From positions 2,490 through 66,489 of the forward strand of contig NZ_URAR01000003.1 of NCBI RefSeq assembly GCF_900545795.1: a stretch of DNA of 64,000 nucleotides, given 5' to 3'. The stretch comes from an uncultured Veillonella sp. Lineage in GTDB: Bacteria; Bacillota; Negativicutes; Veillonellales; Veillonellaceae. This document shows, piece by piece, positions 32,262 through 42,637 of the stretch (the stretch's first letter is position 1; each line of letters starts with the position of its first letter). A program made the position numbers and the translations under genes. A model generated the notes under the pieces. That model saw only the letters and a list, made by a program, of their open reading frames with translations, was not told where the DNA came from and did not search any database.

Positions 32262-33512
32262 TTATAAAGAGCCCAACTCTTTCATTGTATTATAAATAGT
32301 AGTTGCCAATCCCTTCATTTTTGCTTTAGTAATACTGCAAGCAGCTACGCGAACACCATGGCCAAGTGGCACCACATAGATATGTTGTTTAGCCAAAGCT
32401 TCTACAATATCCATGCTATTTTCAGTAGGAATCGTTAAGAAGAATCCGCCACAATATGGTAAACATGGCAAGCCTACTTGATCTGCTTCTTCCGCAAAAA
32501 TACGAGCACGCTCCTGAATGAGCTCACAATATTCATTGCGCTCTGCTTCATAAGCCGCTAATTTAGCTGGATCATTTACAATATTAGCCATAGTGCGCAT
32601 AGCAGGACGACAAATATTAGACCATGTAGCACGAGATGTAATGGAATTTACTTCTTTAAACTCTTTCGCAATTTCTTCTTCAGAACTTACGCCTAACATA
32701 GCCCCTACACGCTGACCATACATTGTAAAGCCTTTAGATAAACTATAGCATACAACTGCTAAAATTTCTTTTGGCAAATGACTAAACTTTTTGAAGAATC
32801 GACGAACTGTCTGCTTTTCACCGGAATAGTCAATATAAGCTACGTCACAAGCAATGATAACTTTATTTTTACCATTTTTAACGAGCTCTTTTACATATTC
32901 AATTACCTTGTCCCAATCTTCATCAGTTAAACTAAAGCCTGTTGGGTTGTTACCAGGTGTATTGAAAATGAGCACTACATTTTCCTGCGATGCGGCAATA
33001 GCATCAGTTTCTTCTTTAAAGCTAGCAAAATTAAATTGTCGCTGTTCATCAAATAGACGATAGGTTTTCAAATAGCGATGATTGTCATTACAAATTTGAT
33101 TATAAGCGCCCCAATACCAATCAGCAGTTAATACAGTATCGCCAGGGTCAGTATAATTATGTACTAAATGGTGAATGCCACCAGTGCCACCAGCAGTAGC
33201 AACAGCTTCAATAAATGCATCAGGTTTAGATTCTCCAAAGCACTCTTTCACTACCGCATCCAAATATTCTGGTAAGCCTGCAATAGGAGCATACGCAACA
33301 TATTCATTTCTTGGCAAGTTTAAATACTCTTGCTCCACTGTTTTCAAAAATACAATATCCCCATTTTCATCCATGATGGATCCTAAGGTACCATTGATTA
33401 CCTTATCTTTACCTAATACCTTTGCCTCTTCTTGCGCTCTAGAATTTAAAGCAAAAATACAATCTTTAGATTTTTTTCCACGCGCTTGTGAGGCTGCCAT
33501 ACTCATAGTCAT
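32262..33512 (-). CDS. PLP-dependent aminotransferase, class I (aspartate/aromatic aminotransferase-like)
   Basis: 416 aa. PLP-lysine motif YSLSKGF and fold-type I pattern. RBS GGAAGGTG. Confidence 0.8.
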   Translation of the reverse strand: MTMSMAASQARGKKSKDCIFALNSRAQEEAKVLGKDKVINGTLGSIMDENGDIVFLKTVEQEYLNLPRNEYVAYAPIAGLPEYLDAVVKECFGESKPDAFIEAVATAGGTGGIHHLVHNYTDPGDTVLTADWYWGAYNQICNDNHRYLKTYRLFDEQRQFNFASFKEETDAIAASQENVVLIFNTPGNNPTGFSLTDEDWDKVIEYVKELVKNGKNKVIIACDVAYIDYSGEKQTVRRFFKKFSHLPKEILAVVCYSLSKGFTMYGQRVGAMLGVSSEEEIAKEFKEVNSITSRATWSNICRPAMRTMANIVNDPAKLAAYEAERNEYCELIQERARIFAEEADQVGLPCLPYCGGFFLTIPTENSMDIVEALAKQHIYVVPLGHGVRVAACSITKAKMKGLATTIYNTMKELGSL

Positions 33513-33667
33513 ATACTACACCTTCCCATCATCATAAGTAATTCACTCTTTTATAATAGCGAAAATAAAGGTCTCTTACAAGAGGAAAAAGTCCAAATGA
33601 GCAAGATTTTTGTATTTTCAAGAAAGAATATTGTATACACTATGGTATTTATAAAAAAGAAAAGGAG

Positions 33668-33716
33668 TATCTCCACAAATCTTGATTTGCGGAGATACTC
33701 CTTCATTATTTCATTA
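33668..33716 (-). terminator. rho-independent terminator of the OMP gene
   Basis: 18-bp near-perfect inverted repeat GGAGTATCTCCACAAATC/GATTTGCGGAGATACTCC. UUUUCUUUUUUAU follows on the minus strand. Confidence 0.7.
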
Positions 33717-33744
33717 CAATTTGACTACTTATACTAATTTAAAA

Positions 33745-34323
33745 TTAGAAGTTATAGCCTAAACCAGCATGGAAACCTTTAACTGTGCTATCGTTGCCAT
33801 TGATATCGTATTTATCGTATTGATAGTATACGTTAAGATCCCATTCATGATTTAATGCATAAGTAGCACCGATTTGGTAAGTGTTTTTAATGTCATTACC
33901 AAAACCTACTTTTGCATAACCATTTAAACGATCAGTGAATGGCATGTAACCAATTACACCAGCTTGGATACCAGTTTCATGTTCGCCATCTACGCGTACA
34001 TAAGTACCGCCTGCATAAAGGTTGAAGTTAGGGTGAATATTGTACACAGCAGTTAATTCATGATCTTTTAAATCGCTACCATGGTCAAGATTTACACGAT
34101 TGTAGGAATATTGTAAACCCCATTTATCATTTAAACCAGTTTGTAAGGAAGCACCGAAGCCATCAGCATGACCACTTTCGCCAGTTACTTTTTGGTCAAA
34201 GGAGTATTCTACTGCTACTTTGTTTTGACCTTCTTCGATTTGAGTTACAGGTACGGATGCTGCAAATGCTGCACCAGTTACCATCATAGCTGCTAAGGTA
34301 GTTACTAAAAATTTGTTCTTCAT
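33745..34323 (-). CDS. outer membrane beta-barrel protein (small 8-strand OmpA-like/OmpW-like barrel)
   Basis: 192 aa. Signal peptide MKNKFLVTTLAAMMVTGAAFA, alternating amphipathic beta-strands, and a C-terminal aromatic residue (…GLGYNF). Confidence 0.7.
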   Translation of the reverse strand: MKNKFLVTTLAAMMVTGAAFAASVPVTQIEEGQNKVAVEYSFDQKVTGESGHADGFGASLQTGLNDKWGLQYSYNRVNLDHGSDLKDHELTAVYNIHPNFNLYAGGTYVRVDGEHETGIQAGVIGYMPFTDRLNGYAKVGFGNDIKNTYQIGATYALNHEWDLNVYYQYDKYDINGNDSTVKGFHAGLGYNF

Positions 34324-34473
34324 TGTAATTCCTCCCTTTTACTACATTAATTATTGAATACTTATTCTTTATATAGTGTATCAAAAAACAAACAACTTTG
34401 AAAGTATATTTTAATCTATTCTTTAAAATTAAACATCTTTAAAAGTAGTAAGTTTTTATGGTAATGCCTTATA

Positions 34474-35481
34474 TTAGCGTTTTTCTAAAAAGCTAGGAAT
34501 CTCATTGTTAATTCTGCCGAAAGGAGATTTAACTACGCCAGTTTTTGGTTTGTTGCCAAAACCTGTAGCAATTACTGTAATTTGAATGCGATCACCTAAA
34601 TTTTCATCAATTACAGAACCAAAGATAATATTTGCTTCTGGATCAGCTGCTTCAGAAATAATTTCAGCCGCTTCATTGATTTCAAATAAGCTTAAGTCAT
34701 TGCTACCAGTAATATTTAAGAGAATGCCTTTAGCGCATTCAATGGAAGTTTCAAGTAATGGGCTGTTAATTGCCATTTTAGCTGCTTCCACAGCGCGGTT
34801 TTCGCCTTCGCCAATACCAATGCCCATAAGAGCTTCCCCTTGATTGGACATAATGGATTTAACGTCAGCAAAGTCTAAGTTAATAAGACCATTTACAGTG
34901 ATTAAATCGGAGATCCCTTTAATACCTTGACGAAGTACATCATCAGCAGTGCGGAATGCATCTTGTAAGCTAGTCTTCTTATCTACAACTTGTAATAATT
35001 TATCATTTGGAATCACGATAATAGTGTCAACCTTGCTAGTAAGCATATCTACGCCACCTTCAGCTTGACCTTTACGTTTTTTACCTTCGAAAGTAAATGG
35101 CTTAGTAACTACCCCAACAGTTAATGCACCAAGTTCACGAGCGCATTCTGCTACTACTGGAGCTGCACCAGTACCAGTGCCACCGCCCATACCAGCAGTT
35201 ACGAATACCATATCAGCGCCTTGTAAGGCTTTCATAATTTCTTCGCGACTTTCTTGAGCAGCTTTTTCCCCTACTTCTGGGTTACCGCCTGCACCAAGGC
35301 CTTTAGTTTCTTTTTCGCCAATTTGAAGTTTTACTTCTGCTTTAGAGCTTTCTAGGGCTTGAGTTTCTGTATTTGCTACTAAAAAGTCCCCCCCTTGTAG
35401 ACCCATATCAATCATGCGATTAACGGCATTACTACCGCCGCCACCTACACCAATAACTTTAATGTTTGCGAAATCTGACAT
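34474..35481 (-). CDS. ftsZ: cell division GTPase FtsZ
   Basis: GGGTGTG tubulin signature ([12 protein letters not shown]), NDKLL T7 loop, and C-terminal conserved peptide. Confidence 0.95.
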   Translation of the reverse strand: MSDFANIKVIGVGGGGSNAVNRMIDMGLQGGDFLVANTETQALESSKAEVKLQIGEKETKGLGAGGNPEVGEKAAQESREEIMKALQGADMVFVTAGMGGGTGTGAAPVVAECARELGALTVGVVTKPFTFEGKKRKGQAEGGVDMLTSKVDTIIVIPNDKLLQVVDKKTSLQDAFRTADDVLRQGIKGISDLITVNGLINLDFADVKSIMSNQGEALMGIGIGEGENRAVEAAKMAINSPLLETSIECAKGILLNITGSNDLSLFEINEAAEIISEAADPEANIIFGSVIDENLGDRIQITVIATGFGNKPKTGVVKSPFGRINNEIPSFLEKR

Positions 35482-35770
35482 TTACGTTCCTCCTCCTGTT
35501 GCCCGTAAGTTTTCCTATGTATAGTAAATGATTAATATTCAGTATTATTATAACTAGTTTCATTTCATTTTACACTATTTTTTTGAAATTAGCTACTGTT
35601 TCTATACAGCCTATACATTTTGTTTTGTAAAAATCTATAAATTCAGAAAATAGCGATTCCATAATTTTGATTTTAAAATTAATTTATTGTACTACTTTTT
35701 CTTGTTCCTTTAAGCGTATTGTAAAATGCTTACTTCACCTATTAGACAACCTTACTTTATCTACAAAAAA

Positions 35771-36115
35771 TTACTTAGTTCGTCTCGATAAAATCAAGCG
35801 GCGAATGGCTGCCATATTTTGAAATAGGCGAAGGCCAAAGCTAATTAAGGCCACATAGTATAAATCGATGCCTACAATATTACCTAAAAAAACAAGCAAG
35901 GCTGCTAATAATGAATTAGAAAAGAAACCAGTTAAAAAGATTGATAAATTGAATACTCGCTCTAAGGCAGCTCGAGTACCACCAAATACACTATCTAAAG
36001 CAGCGAGTAAAGCAACTGAAGTATATTTAGCATAAATAGGAGAAATCTCGATAGGCGACATTACCCCTAACACAATCCCTATAATTAATCCACCGGCGAT
36101 AAATACATAAATCAT
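35771..36115 (-). CDS. sbp: small basic protein Sbp (DUF1290)
   Basis: 114-aa membrane protein that resembles B. subtilis Sbp by recall (LAALD..GG.RA.L...F....F..GFF.N...A....LG...G.DLY....FG.RLFQN.A.IRR.L). Occupies the position of sbp in Firmicutes dcw clusters. Confidence 0.7.
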   Translation of the reverse strand: MIYVFIAGGLIIGIVLGVMSPIEISPIYAKYTSVALLAALDSVFGGTRAALERVFNLSIFLTGFFSNSLLAALLVFLGNIVGIDLYYVALISFGLRLFQNMAAIRRLILSRRTK

Positions 36116-36810
36116 GATTTTTTACCGCCTCCTTCAGCCATGGTCTTCACATGATCTTCTCTAAATGTGCCAGAGAAAGCTGGTACAACAATTTGTTCTT
36201 CTCTTTGAATCTTAAGCTCAATACCCCAATACTTAAGTGTATCTACTACACCACCGCGCATAGTGAGGGAAGCCGATAAGGTTTTAGGGTCGCCAATCGC
36301 TTTAATCACAAAAGGAGGACCAAAAACTTTACCATTAACCATTATAGTCGGTCCTGCACAGCGAACCTCTGAGATGCCCAGTAATCGCTGGTCATTCACA
36401 GCGATGGCTTCAGCACCGCCAGCCCGCAATTCATTGAGTACACGTAAAATATCTTCATCGTGAATTAAATATAAATTAGGATTTTCATTGTCCTTCACAG
36501 GCACTTTACTATCATTAATTGTAATGACAACGCCAGGTCCGCTTACATCAGTAAGCCCTGCTCGTTGTTTTAGCAAGTTGATATCCTTAACCGCACTGGC
36601 TGAGGCACCACCTTGTTGAATTTGTTCTAATTGCTCGCGCAGCTCATCACGTTCTTTTTGAGCTGCCGTTAATTCTCGTGCTAAATCTCCTGCACGTTGT
36701 AAGTTAACATTGCTCTGTGCAATCGTTTGCGTCATTCGGTACTGACTGACAAACATAAGGCCCATGAGCATACTTACGGCCGCTATGGCCCAACGACCTT
36801 GCTTTAACAT
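36112..36810 (-). CDS. DUF881 domain protein (YlxW/YlxX-like)
   Basis: 232 aa with an N-terminal TM segment, coiled coil, and DUF881 region. Conserved position between divIB/ftsQ and sbp. Confidence 0.65.
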   Translation of the reverse strand: MLKQGRWAIAAVSMLMGLMFVSQYRMTQTIAQSNVNLQRAGDLARELTAAQKERDELREQLEQIQQGGASASAVKDINLLKQRAGLTDVSGPGVVITINDSKVPVKDNENPNLYLIHDEDILRVLNELRAGGAEAIAVNDQRLLGISEVRCAGPTIMVNGKVFGPPFVIKAIGDPKTLSASLTMRGGVVDTLKYWGIELKIQREEQIVVPAFSGTFREDHVKTMAEGGGKKS

Positions 36811-36823
36811 GATTCCTCTTCCA

Positions 36824-37735
36824 TCATGGCGTCTTAATGAAAGGCGCCTTAATATTTACATCAACATATTCAGCTGCTACTCCACGAGCCTTAATATCTC
36901 GCAGCATATTTTCAGATAAAGGCCCTTTTTTATCTAAATCCGTCATATCTCCCAAACGGAGAGGCAAACCATCTACCGTATACGCAACTAATTGCTTAGT
37001 GTCACCTACATTAATTTCTGAAATACTCTTCTGTCCCTCTTCACCTAAGGAGGACAAATAAGTTAAGGCACCTTTAATCGCTTGGCTTTCAATCATATCA
37101 CCAAGCAATACATTACCTAATTTTACGCCAGAAATAATAGGTGCTGTCGTATCTTCAATGGCTGGTCCAATATTAATAACGCGACCAGTTCGATCTAATG
37201 TGGCAAAACCAAATTGCGTAGCCACAACAGCGGCTGCCTTGCGATCTTTAATTGTCACTTCTAAAGTTAATGGAAATGCATAGGAAACCTTCGCTGTCTC
37301 AACGCGCAAATCATGTTGCAATCGCTCCTCTAAATGATTGGGATTGATTTGTACTAAATTAATAGGATTGCGAATATTTCCTGCTGCCATTACATCTGCC
37401 ACAGTTACCTTTTGACTACCTATCACTTGTATTGTCCCAAATGGTATGGGCAAAATAAGCAATAAAAGCCATAGGGCTAATAAAGAAAGACCAATAATTG
37501 TCAAGCGTCTGCGCCAAGACTTTTTTGGTGGCACCGGTGGCATTGCTCCCGTCGGCCTAGTAGGTCTCGTATCTTGTGGCTCATCACCAACTTCATGAAG
37601 AGGCTCTTGGTCAAAATCATATAAAGGTCGGCGCGTATCGCTACGGCCTCGCTCTAAATCTTCTGCAAAGGACCTCATATGCTTTGGGGCTACAATATGA
37701 GAATTTGACGAATCACGACCATGCTCTTCACTCAT
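36824..37735 (-). CDS. ftsQ: cell division protein FtsQ/DivIB
   Basis: 303 aa. Charged N-terminal tail, single TM segment, POTRA and FtsQ beta-domain. Sits between ddl and the ftsZ-proximal genes. Confidence 0.8.
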   Translation of the reverse strand: MSEEHGRDSSNSHIVAPKHMRSFAEDLERGRSDTRRPLYDFDQEPLHEVGDEPQDTRPTRPTGAMPPVPPKKSWRRRLTIIGLSLLALWLLLLILPIPFGTIQVIGSQKVTVADVMAAGNIRNPINLVQINPNHLEERLQHDLRVETAKVSYAFPLTLEVTIKDRKAAAVVATQFGFATLDRTGRVINIGPAIEDTTAPIISGVKLGNVLLGDMIESQAIKGALTYLSSLGEEGQKSISEINVGDTKQLVAYTVDGLPLRLGDMTDLDKKGPLSENMLRDIKARGVAAEYVDVNIKAPFIKTP

Positions 37736-37764
37736 ATCTATTCTCCATAGTAAAATCTATCTGT

Positions 37765-38697
37765 TTAAAATTTGCCAACACCAGCAGAATGTAAAATCTG
37801 CTCGCAAAGCTCAGGGAAGTCAATCCCTACCGCACGGGCTGCTTTAGGCACAAGCGAGGTAGCCGTCATACCTGGAATCGTATTATATTCCAATACAAAT
37901 GGCTCACCTTCTGCATTCGTCATTATGTCTACGCGAATCGTACCTGCGCATTGTAGCTCATTATATACTTGCTCCCCAATGGCCTGCATTCTTGCAGTTA
38001 AGTCTTCATCAATGGGAGCAGGCACAATATAGTCAGTGGCACCAGTAGTGTATTTAGACTCATAGTCATATTCCCCAGAATGAGGGCGGATTTCAATGAC
38101 TGGCAAAGCTTTACCATCTAGGACGGACACGGTAAACTCACGACCATCTAGATATTGTTCCACCACTAAAATAGGGTCATATGCCACTGCTTCAGCAACT
38201 GCATTAGCCAATACTCTAGCATCGCGCACGATTGTTACACCAATACTGGATCCTTGCGTAGCCGGTTTTAACACTACAGGCAAATCAAAATGCTCTTCAA
38301 TATGCTCCACAATATCTTCTTTTGGCGTCTTATTCGCATCATAGGAAATAGAGCGCGCCGTCGGAATCTGTGCACCTAAGAATACAGCTTTACTGATTTT
38401 TTTATTCATGCCTACAGCTTGCGCCATAATGCCAGAGCCAGTATATGGAATACCAGCAATCTCCAGTAAGCCTTGAACAGCACCATCTTCGCCAAATTTA
38501 CCATGAATGGCGATAAAAACAACATCGCCCTTAAGGCGTTTAATATCTTCGATTACTGTAGTAGGTTCAAACTCCAAAGCGGTTACTTTATAATCTAAAC
38601 TCTTCAAAGCCTCGGCAATAGCTTCACCAGTGCGGCGAGACACTTCGGCTTCCTTTGAAGGGCCGCCCATTAATACAATTATATGTTTCTCTTTCAT
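37765..38697 (-). CDS. ddl: D-alanine--D-alanine ligase
   Basis: 310 aa. ATP-grasp fold with Ddl motifs (HGKFGEDGAVQGLLE..., EYNTIPGMT). Confidence 0.9.
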   Translation of the reverse strand: MKEKHIIVLMGGPSKEAEVSRRTGEAIAEALKSLDYKVTALEFEPTTVIEDIKRLKGDVVFIAIHGKFGEDGAVQGLLEIAGIPYTGSGIMAQAVGMNKKISKAVFLGAQIPTARSISYDANKTPKEDIVEHIEEHFDLPVVLKPATQGSSIGVTIVRDARVLANAVAEAVAYDPILVVEQYLDGREFTVSVLDGKALPVIEIRPHSGEYDYESKYTTGATDYIVPAPIDEDLTARMQAIGEQVYNELQCAGTIRVDIMTNAEGEPFVLEYNTIPGMTATSLVPKAARAVGIDFPELCEQILHSAGVGKF

Positions 38698-38698
38698 C

Positions 38699-40078
38699 TT
38701 AAGCCTCGTTCTTTAATACATCAAGTATTTTAGGACCATACTGATTAATACTACCAGCACCCATAGTCAATACTAAATCATCAGCTTTTAATACAGCAGC
38801 TACCCTAGCTGGCACATCATCGATATTTGGAATATAATGTACCGTTTGCCCTGTAGTAGCTTCCACCATGTTCGGAATGGAATGACCATCAATACCTTCA
38901 ATAGGTTCTTCACCGGCACTGTAAATATTCGTAATAAATAATACATCAGCTTTTGCAAAGGCAGAGCCAAATTCCTTTAATAATAAATTAGTACGCGTAT
39001 ATCGATGTGGTTGGAATACGCACACTACGCGATGTGACTCCAAGGCTTTAGCAGCACTTAATGTGGCATTGATTTCAGTAGGATGATGAGCGTAGTCATC
39101 TACAACCCATACGCCTTTTTCATGCCCCTTGGTTTCAAAGCGACGTTTCGCACCAGTAAACTTGCTCAAGGCTGTTAAAATGTAGTCCATTGGAATTCCA
39201 CATTGACGAGCTAATACTAAAGCCCCTAAGGAGTTAAGTGCATTATGAGTACCTGGCACACGTAAGCGCACTTCTCCTAGCACCTCGCCGTCCTTAGTAG
39301 TGGCTTCATATACAAGGATGCCTTTTTCATAATGTACATTCTTTACTAATACATCATTACCGTCTTCTAAACCATAGGTCACAAATTGACGATCTACTTG
39401 ACTCATAATATGGCGAATATTCTTATTATCACCGCAGACTACTGCTAAGCCATCTTGTGGCATCTTTTCCACAAATTCAGTGAAAGCTTGTAGTAAATTT
39501 TCCATAGTTCCATAGTGGTCCATATGGTCATTTTCAATATTGGTAATCACAATAAACTGTGGATTAAGCTTCAAGAATGAACCATCGCTTTCATCAGCTT
39601 CAGCAATGCTATACTCACCTTTTCCCCATGCACTGCTGCCACCTAAATAGTCTACTTCACCACCGATAATAACAGTAGGGTCAAGGCCTGCCTCCACAAA
39701 AATTTGTCCTAACATAGAGGTCGTGGTTGTTTTTCCATGAGCCCCTGCTACAGCAATGCCCTTTGTTACATCAAGCACAGCTTTAACAATATCGGAGCGA
39801 TGCAATACAGGAATCCCCGCTTCCTGTGCTGCCACTAACTCTGGATTATCCTTATGAATCGCTGTTGAACGCACAACGGCGTCAACACCGTTTACATAGT
39901 CAGCATTATGACCAATATGGATAGTAGCACCCATTTGGCGAAATTTTTCAGTTGTAGCCGACTCTTGAATGTCTGAACCAGACACATCAAAGCCTTGGCT
40001 GATTAAAATATTGGCAATAGCTCGCATACCTGAGCCAGCAATGCCGATGAGATGTATTTTATGTATGCCTTCTAACAT
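38699..40078 (-). CDS. murC: UDP-N-acetylmuramate--L-alanine ligase
   Basis: 459 aa. IHLIGIAGSGM N-terminus, Mur ligase P-loop GAHGKTTTTSM. Confidence 0.95.
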   Translation of the reverse strand: MLEGIHKIHLIGIAGSGMRAIANILISQGFDVSGSDIQESATTEKFRQMGATIHIGHNADYVNGVDAVVRSTAIHKDNPELVAAQEAGIPVLHRSDIVKAVLDVTKGIAVAGAHGKTTTTSMLGQIFVEAGLDPTVIIGGEVDYLGGSSAWGKGEYSIAEADESDGSFLKLNPQFIVITNIENDHMDHYGTMENLLQAFTEFVEKMPQDGLAVVCGDNKNIRHIMSQVDRQFVTYGLEDGNDVLVKNVHYEKGILVYEATTKDGEVLGEVRLRVPGTHNALNSLGALVLARQCGIPMDYILTALSKFTGAKRRFETKGHEKGVWVVDDYAHHPTEINATLSAAKALESHRVVCVFQPHRYTRTNLLLKEFGSAFAKADVLFITNIYSAGEEPIEGIDGHSIPNMVEATTGQTVHYIPNIDDVPARVAAVLKADDLVLTMGAGSINQYGPKILDVLKNEA

Positions 40079-40109
40079 GGATAATAACTCCTTACAATAT
40101 ATATTTTAA

Positions 40110-41216
40110 TTATTTAGCAATTCCTAATGCTAAGGCTGCAATATGATGTGCTGCCTGTGGCTTCCCTAAAGATTTCGCCGCTTTTGACATGCGCACTAAT
40201 TCGCCTGGATTTTGCTTATAGTATTCGATTTCACTGATTAAATCCTTACCACTTAACATTTTGTCTACAATCATACGCGCCGCACCAGCACTAACTAAAG
40301 CGCGTGCATTATAAGTCTGATGATCTTCTGCTGCATAAGGATATGGAATTAATAAAGATGGAATACCGCGCACAGTAAGCTCTGCTAAACCTACCGCACC
40401 AGCTCTAAACACAGCTAAGTCTGCTGCAGCTAAAGCCTTGGGCATATCGTGTAAATAAGGCATAATCAAGGACGATTCACTATACGAATCACCAGCCGTC
40501 GCCCCCAGTGCATTAAGTACAGAATCATATTCATTCGTACCTGTTACATGAATGAGCTTTATGCCCTTTACATCTTTGAAATGCTTATGCACTTCAATCA
40601 TAGCCGTATTAATACTCCGTGCGCCGCGCGAGCCACCAGCAATTAATACGGTGAACTCACCATCTTTAAGATTGAAGAATTCGCGCCCTTCTTCACGAGA
40701 GTCAATTAAAACTTCTGGACGCACTGGATTTCCAGTGTACTCCACTCGCTTAGCTTTTTTAAAGGCTGCTTTTGCTTCTTCAAAGCCAACCGCTACTACA
40801 TCAACAAAGCGACTTAAAATTTTATTAGTCACCCCTGCAATGGTATTTTGCTCTTGAATCAAAGTCGGCACTTTTCTTAAAGCGGCCGCTAATAAAATAG
40901 GACCACATACATAACCGCCAGTGCCAATAACAACATCTGGTTTAAAATCAGAAATAATTTTATTGGCCTTGAACAAGGCCCCCATTGTCTTTCCTAAAGT
41001 AACTAGCGCGCGCCATGACAAGTTACGATCCAACCCCTGCACTGGCAAGGTTTTAAAAGGAATTCCTTCCTTTGGCACTAAAGTTGCCTCAAGACCATGC
41101 TCCGTGCCAATATATAAAAATTCTGCATCGGTCATAGCTGCTATTTCTTTATAAATAGTGATGGCAGGATATATATGGCCTCCCGTGCCACCACCAGAAA
41201 TAATGATACGCTTCAT
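40110..41216 (-). CDS. murG: UDP-N-acetylglucosamine--N-acetylmuramyl-(pentapeptide) pyrophosphoryl-undecaprenol N-acetylglucosamine transferase
   Basis: 368 aa. GGGTGGHIYPA N-terminal glycosyltransferase family 28 signature. Confidence 0.9.
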   Translation of the reverse strand: MKRIIISGGGTGGHIYPAITIYKEIAAMTDAEFLYIGTEHGLEATLVPKEGIPFKTLPVQGLDRNLSWRALVTLGKTMGALFKANKIISDFKPDVVIGTGGYVCGPILLAAALRKVPTLIQEQNTIAGVTNKILSRFVDVVAVGFEEAKAAFKKAKRVEYTGNPVRPEVLIDSREEGREFFNLKDGEFTVLIAGGSRGARSINTAMIEVHKHFKDVKGIKLIHVTGTNEYDSVLNALGATAGDSYSESSLIMPYLHDMPKALAAADLAVFRAGAVGLAELTVRGIPSLLIPYPYAAEDHQTYNARALVSAGAARMIVDKMLSGKDLISEIEYYKQNPGELVRMSKAAKSLGKPQAAHHIAALALGIAK

Positions 41217-42625
41217 TACTGTGCTCCTTTATGTATAGCCTGCTCTTTGCCTCCTGTGCTGTTATAACACTGAGCTAAGGCCTGTACTTCCTGTTTAAAA
41301 TCATCACCGCGTTCTTCAAAACAATGATACCAATCATAACTAGAACAAGCTGGTGACAATAATACAATATCATCAGTAGTAGCTAATTCAAAACTTTTAG
41401 CTACTGCTTCTTTCATGGAATCAACAAAGTAAATTGACTCTACACCGGCCGCTTTTGCCGCTTCACCAAAACGTTGCGCCGCAGCGCCCATTAAAATCAA
41501 TACTTTAGCATTTACTTTTACTTCTGCCATAAAATCTGTTAAATCAGTCATCTTATCATAGCCTCCAGCTAGCAAGATAACCGGCTTTTTGAAAGCTTCT
41601 AAAGCCTTTATAGCAGAATCAGTATTCGTAGCCTTAGAATCATTGTAAAAAGTAACGCCATCAATGGTAAACACGCGCTCTATGCGATGTTCAACGCCTT
41701 GGAACTGTTCGATGACTTCACCTAAATCATGGGCACTCACTCCAAAATGATAAGCTAAGGCAATAACTGCTAATATGTTTTCAATATTATGCTGACCTGG
41801 GATGTGAATACGATCCGCTGTAATTACTACTTCTGATTCTCCATTTTTTACAGCATAGCAAGTATTATTAGCAAAATACGCTCCATCAGTGACGCGCTGT
41901 GTTTGACTGATGCAAAGTACTTTGCTCGGCACATAATCTGCCATACGTGCCACCACTGGGTCATCCATATTTAAAACTATAACATCACTTGGCCCTTGGT
42001 GCTTAAATATATTTTCCTTTGCCGCTTGATAAGCTTCCATAGTTTTATGGCGCTGTAAATGATCAGGTGTAATATTGAGCATAATAGCCCCAACAGGTCT
42101 AAATTCAATTACACTTTCTAATTGATAACTTGATAGCTCGGCCACCAAATAACCATTTGAATCAATAGTTAAGGCTTCTTCACTTAAAGATTGCCCAATA
42201 TTACCGCCAACTTTAATAGATTTCCCCGTCTTAGCCATAGCCTTAGCTAATAATGTAGTAGTTGTGGTTTTACCATTTGTTCCTGTAACACCTAATATAG
42301 GCGCCTTAGAAAGTTTGAAGGCTACTTCTACTTCCCCCACAATCGGAATTTGACGCTTTTTAGCTTCCTCTAAAATAGGAATCGTAAGGGCAATCCCTGG
42401 TGATACTACAACATAGTCTACACTATCAAGCAATTCATTTTCTTGATGCCCTGTAATGACTGTAACGCCACTACGAGTCAGCAATGCTTGCTCTGAAGTA
42501 GCAAGCTGTACTTCTTTATAATCATTTAGCACCACCTGTGCTCCCACAGTAGCTAATACATGAGCTACGCCAATGCCACTGCGTCCAGCACCTAAGACGA
42601 GAATCTGCTTACCCTTAAATTCCAT
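41216..42625 (-). CDS. murD: UDP-N-acetylmuramoylalanine--D-glutamate ligase
   Basis: 469 aa. VLGAGRSG Rossmann motif and GTNGKTTTT P-loop. Directly abuts murG with no ftsW between. Confidence 0.9.
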   Translation of the reverse strand: MEFKGKQILVLGAGRSGIGVAHVLATVGAQVVLNDYKEVQLATSEQALLTRSGVTVITGHQENELLDSVDYVVVSPGIALTIPILEEAKKRQIPIVGEVEVAFKLSKAPILGVTGTNGKTTTTTLLAKAMAKTGKSIKVGGNIGQSLSEEALTIDSNGYLVAELSSYQLESVIEFRPVGAIMLNITPDHLQRHKTMEAYQAAKENIFKHQGPSDVIVLNMDDPVVARMADYVPSKVLCISQTQRVTDGAYFANNTCYAVKNGESEVVITADRIHIPGQHNIENILAVIALAYHFGVSAHDLGEVIEQFQGVEHRIERVFTIDGVTFYNDSKATNTDSAIKALEAFKKPVILLAGGYDKMTDLTDFMAEVKVNAKVLILMGAAAQRFGEAAKAAGVESIYFVDSMKEAVAKSFELATTDDIVLLSPACSSYDWYHCFEERGDDFKQEVQALAQCYNSTGGKEQAIHKGAQ

Positions 42626-42637
42626 AATAACGCCTAC

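Noticed and set aside
34196-34384. 62-aa ORF overlapping the OMP gene start, and other small ORFs inside prfA, prmC, murG, ABC-F etc. listed in the track
   Set aside because: They lie out of frame or antisense within well-supported genes, with no independent signals.
35482-35770. Possible missed ftsA in the 290-bp gap before ftsZ
   Set aside because: Far too short for FtsA (about 420 aa) and contains no ORF. It was interpreted as the ftsZ promoter region.
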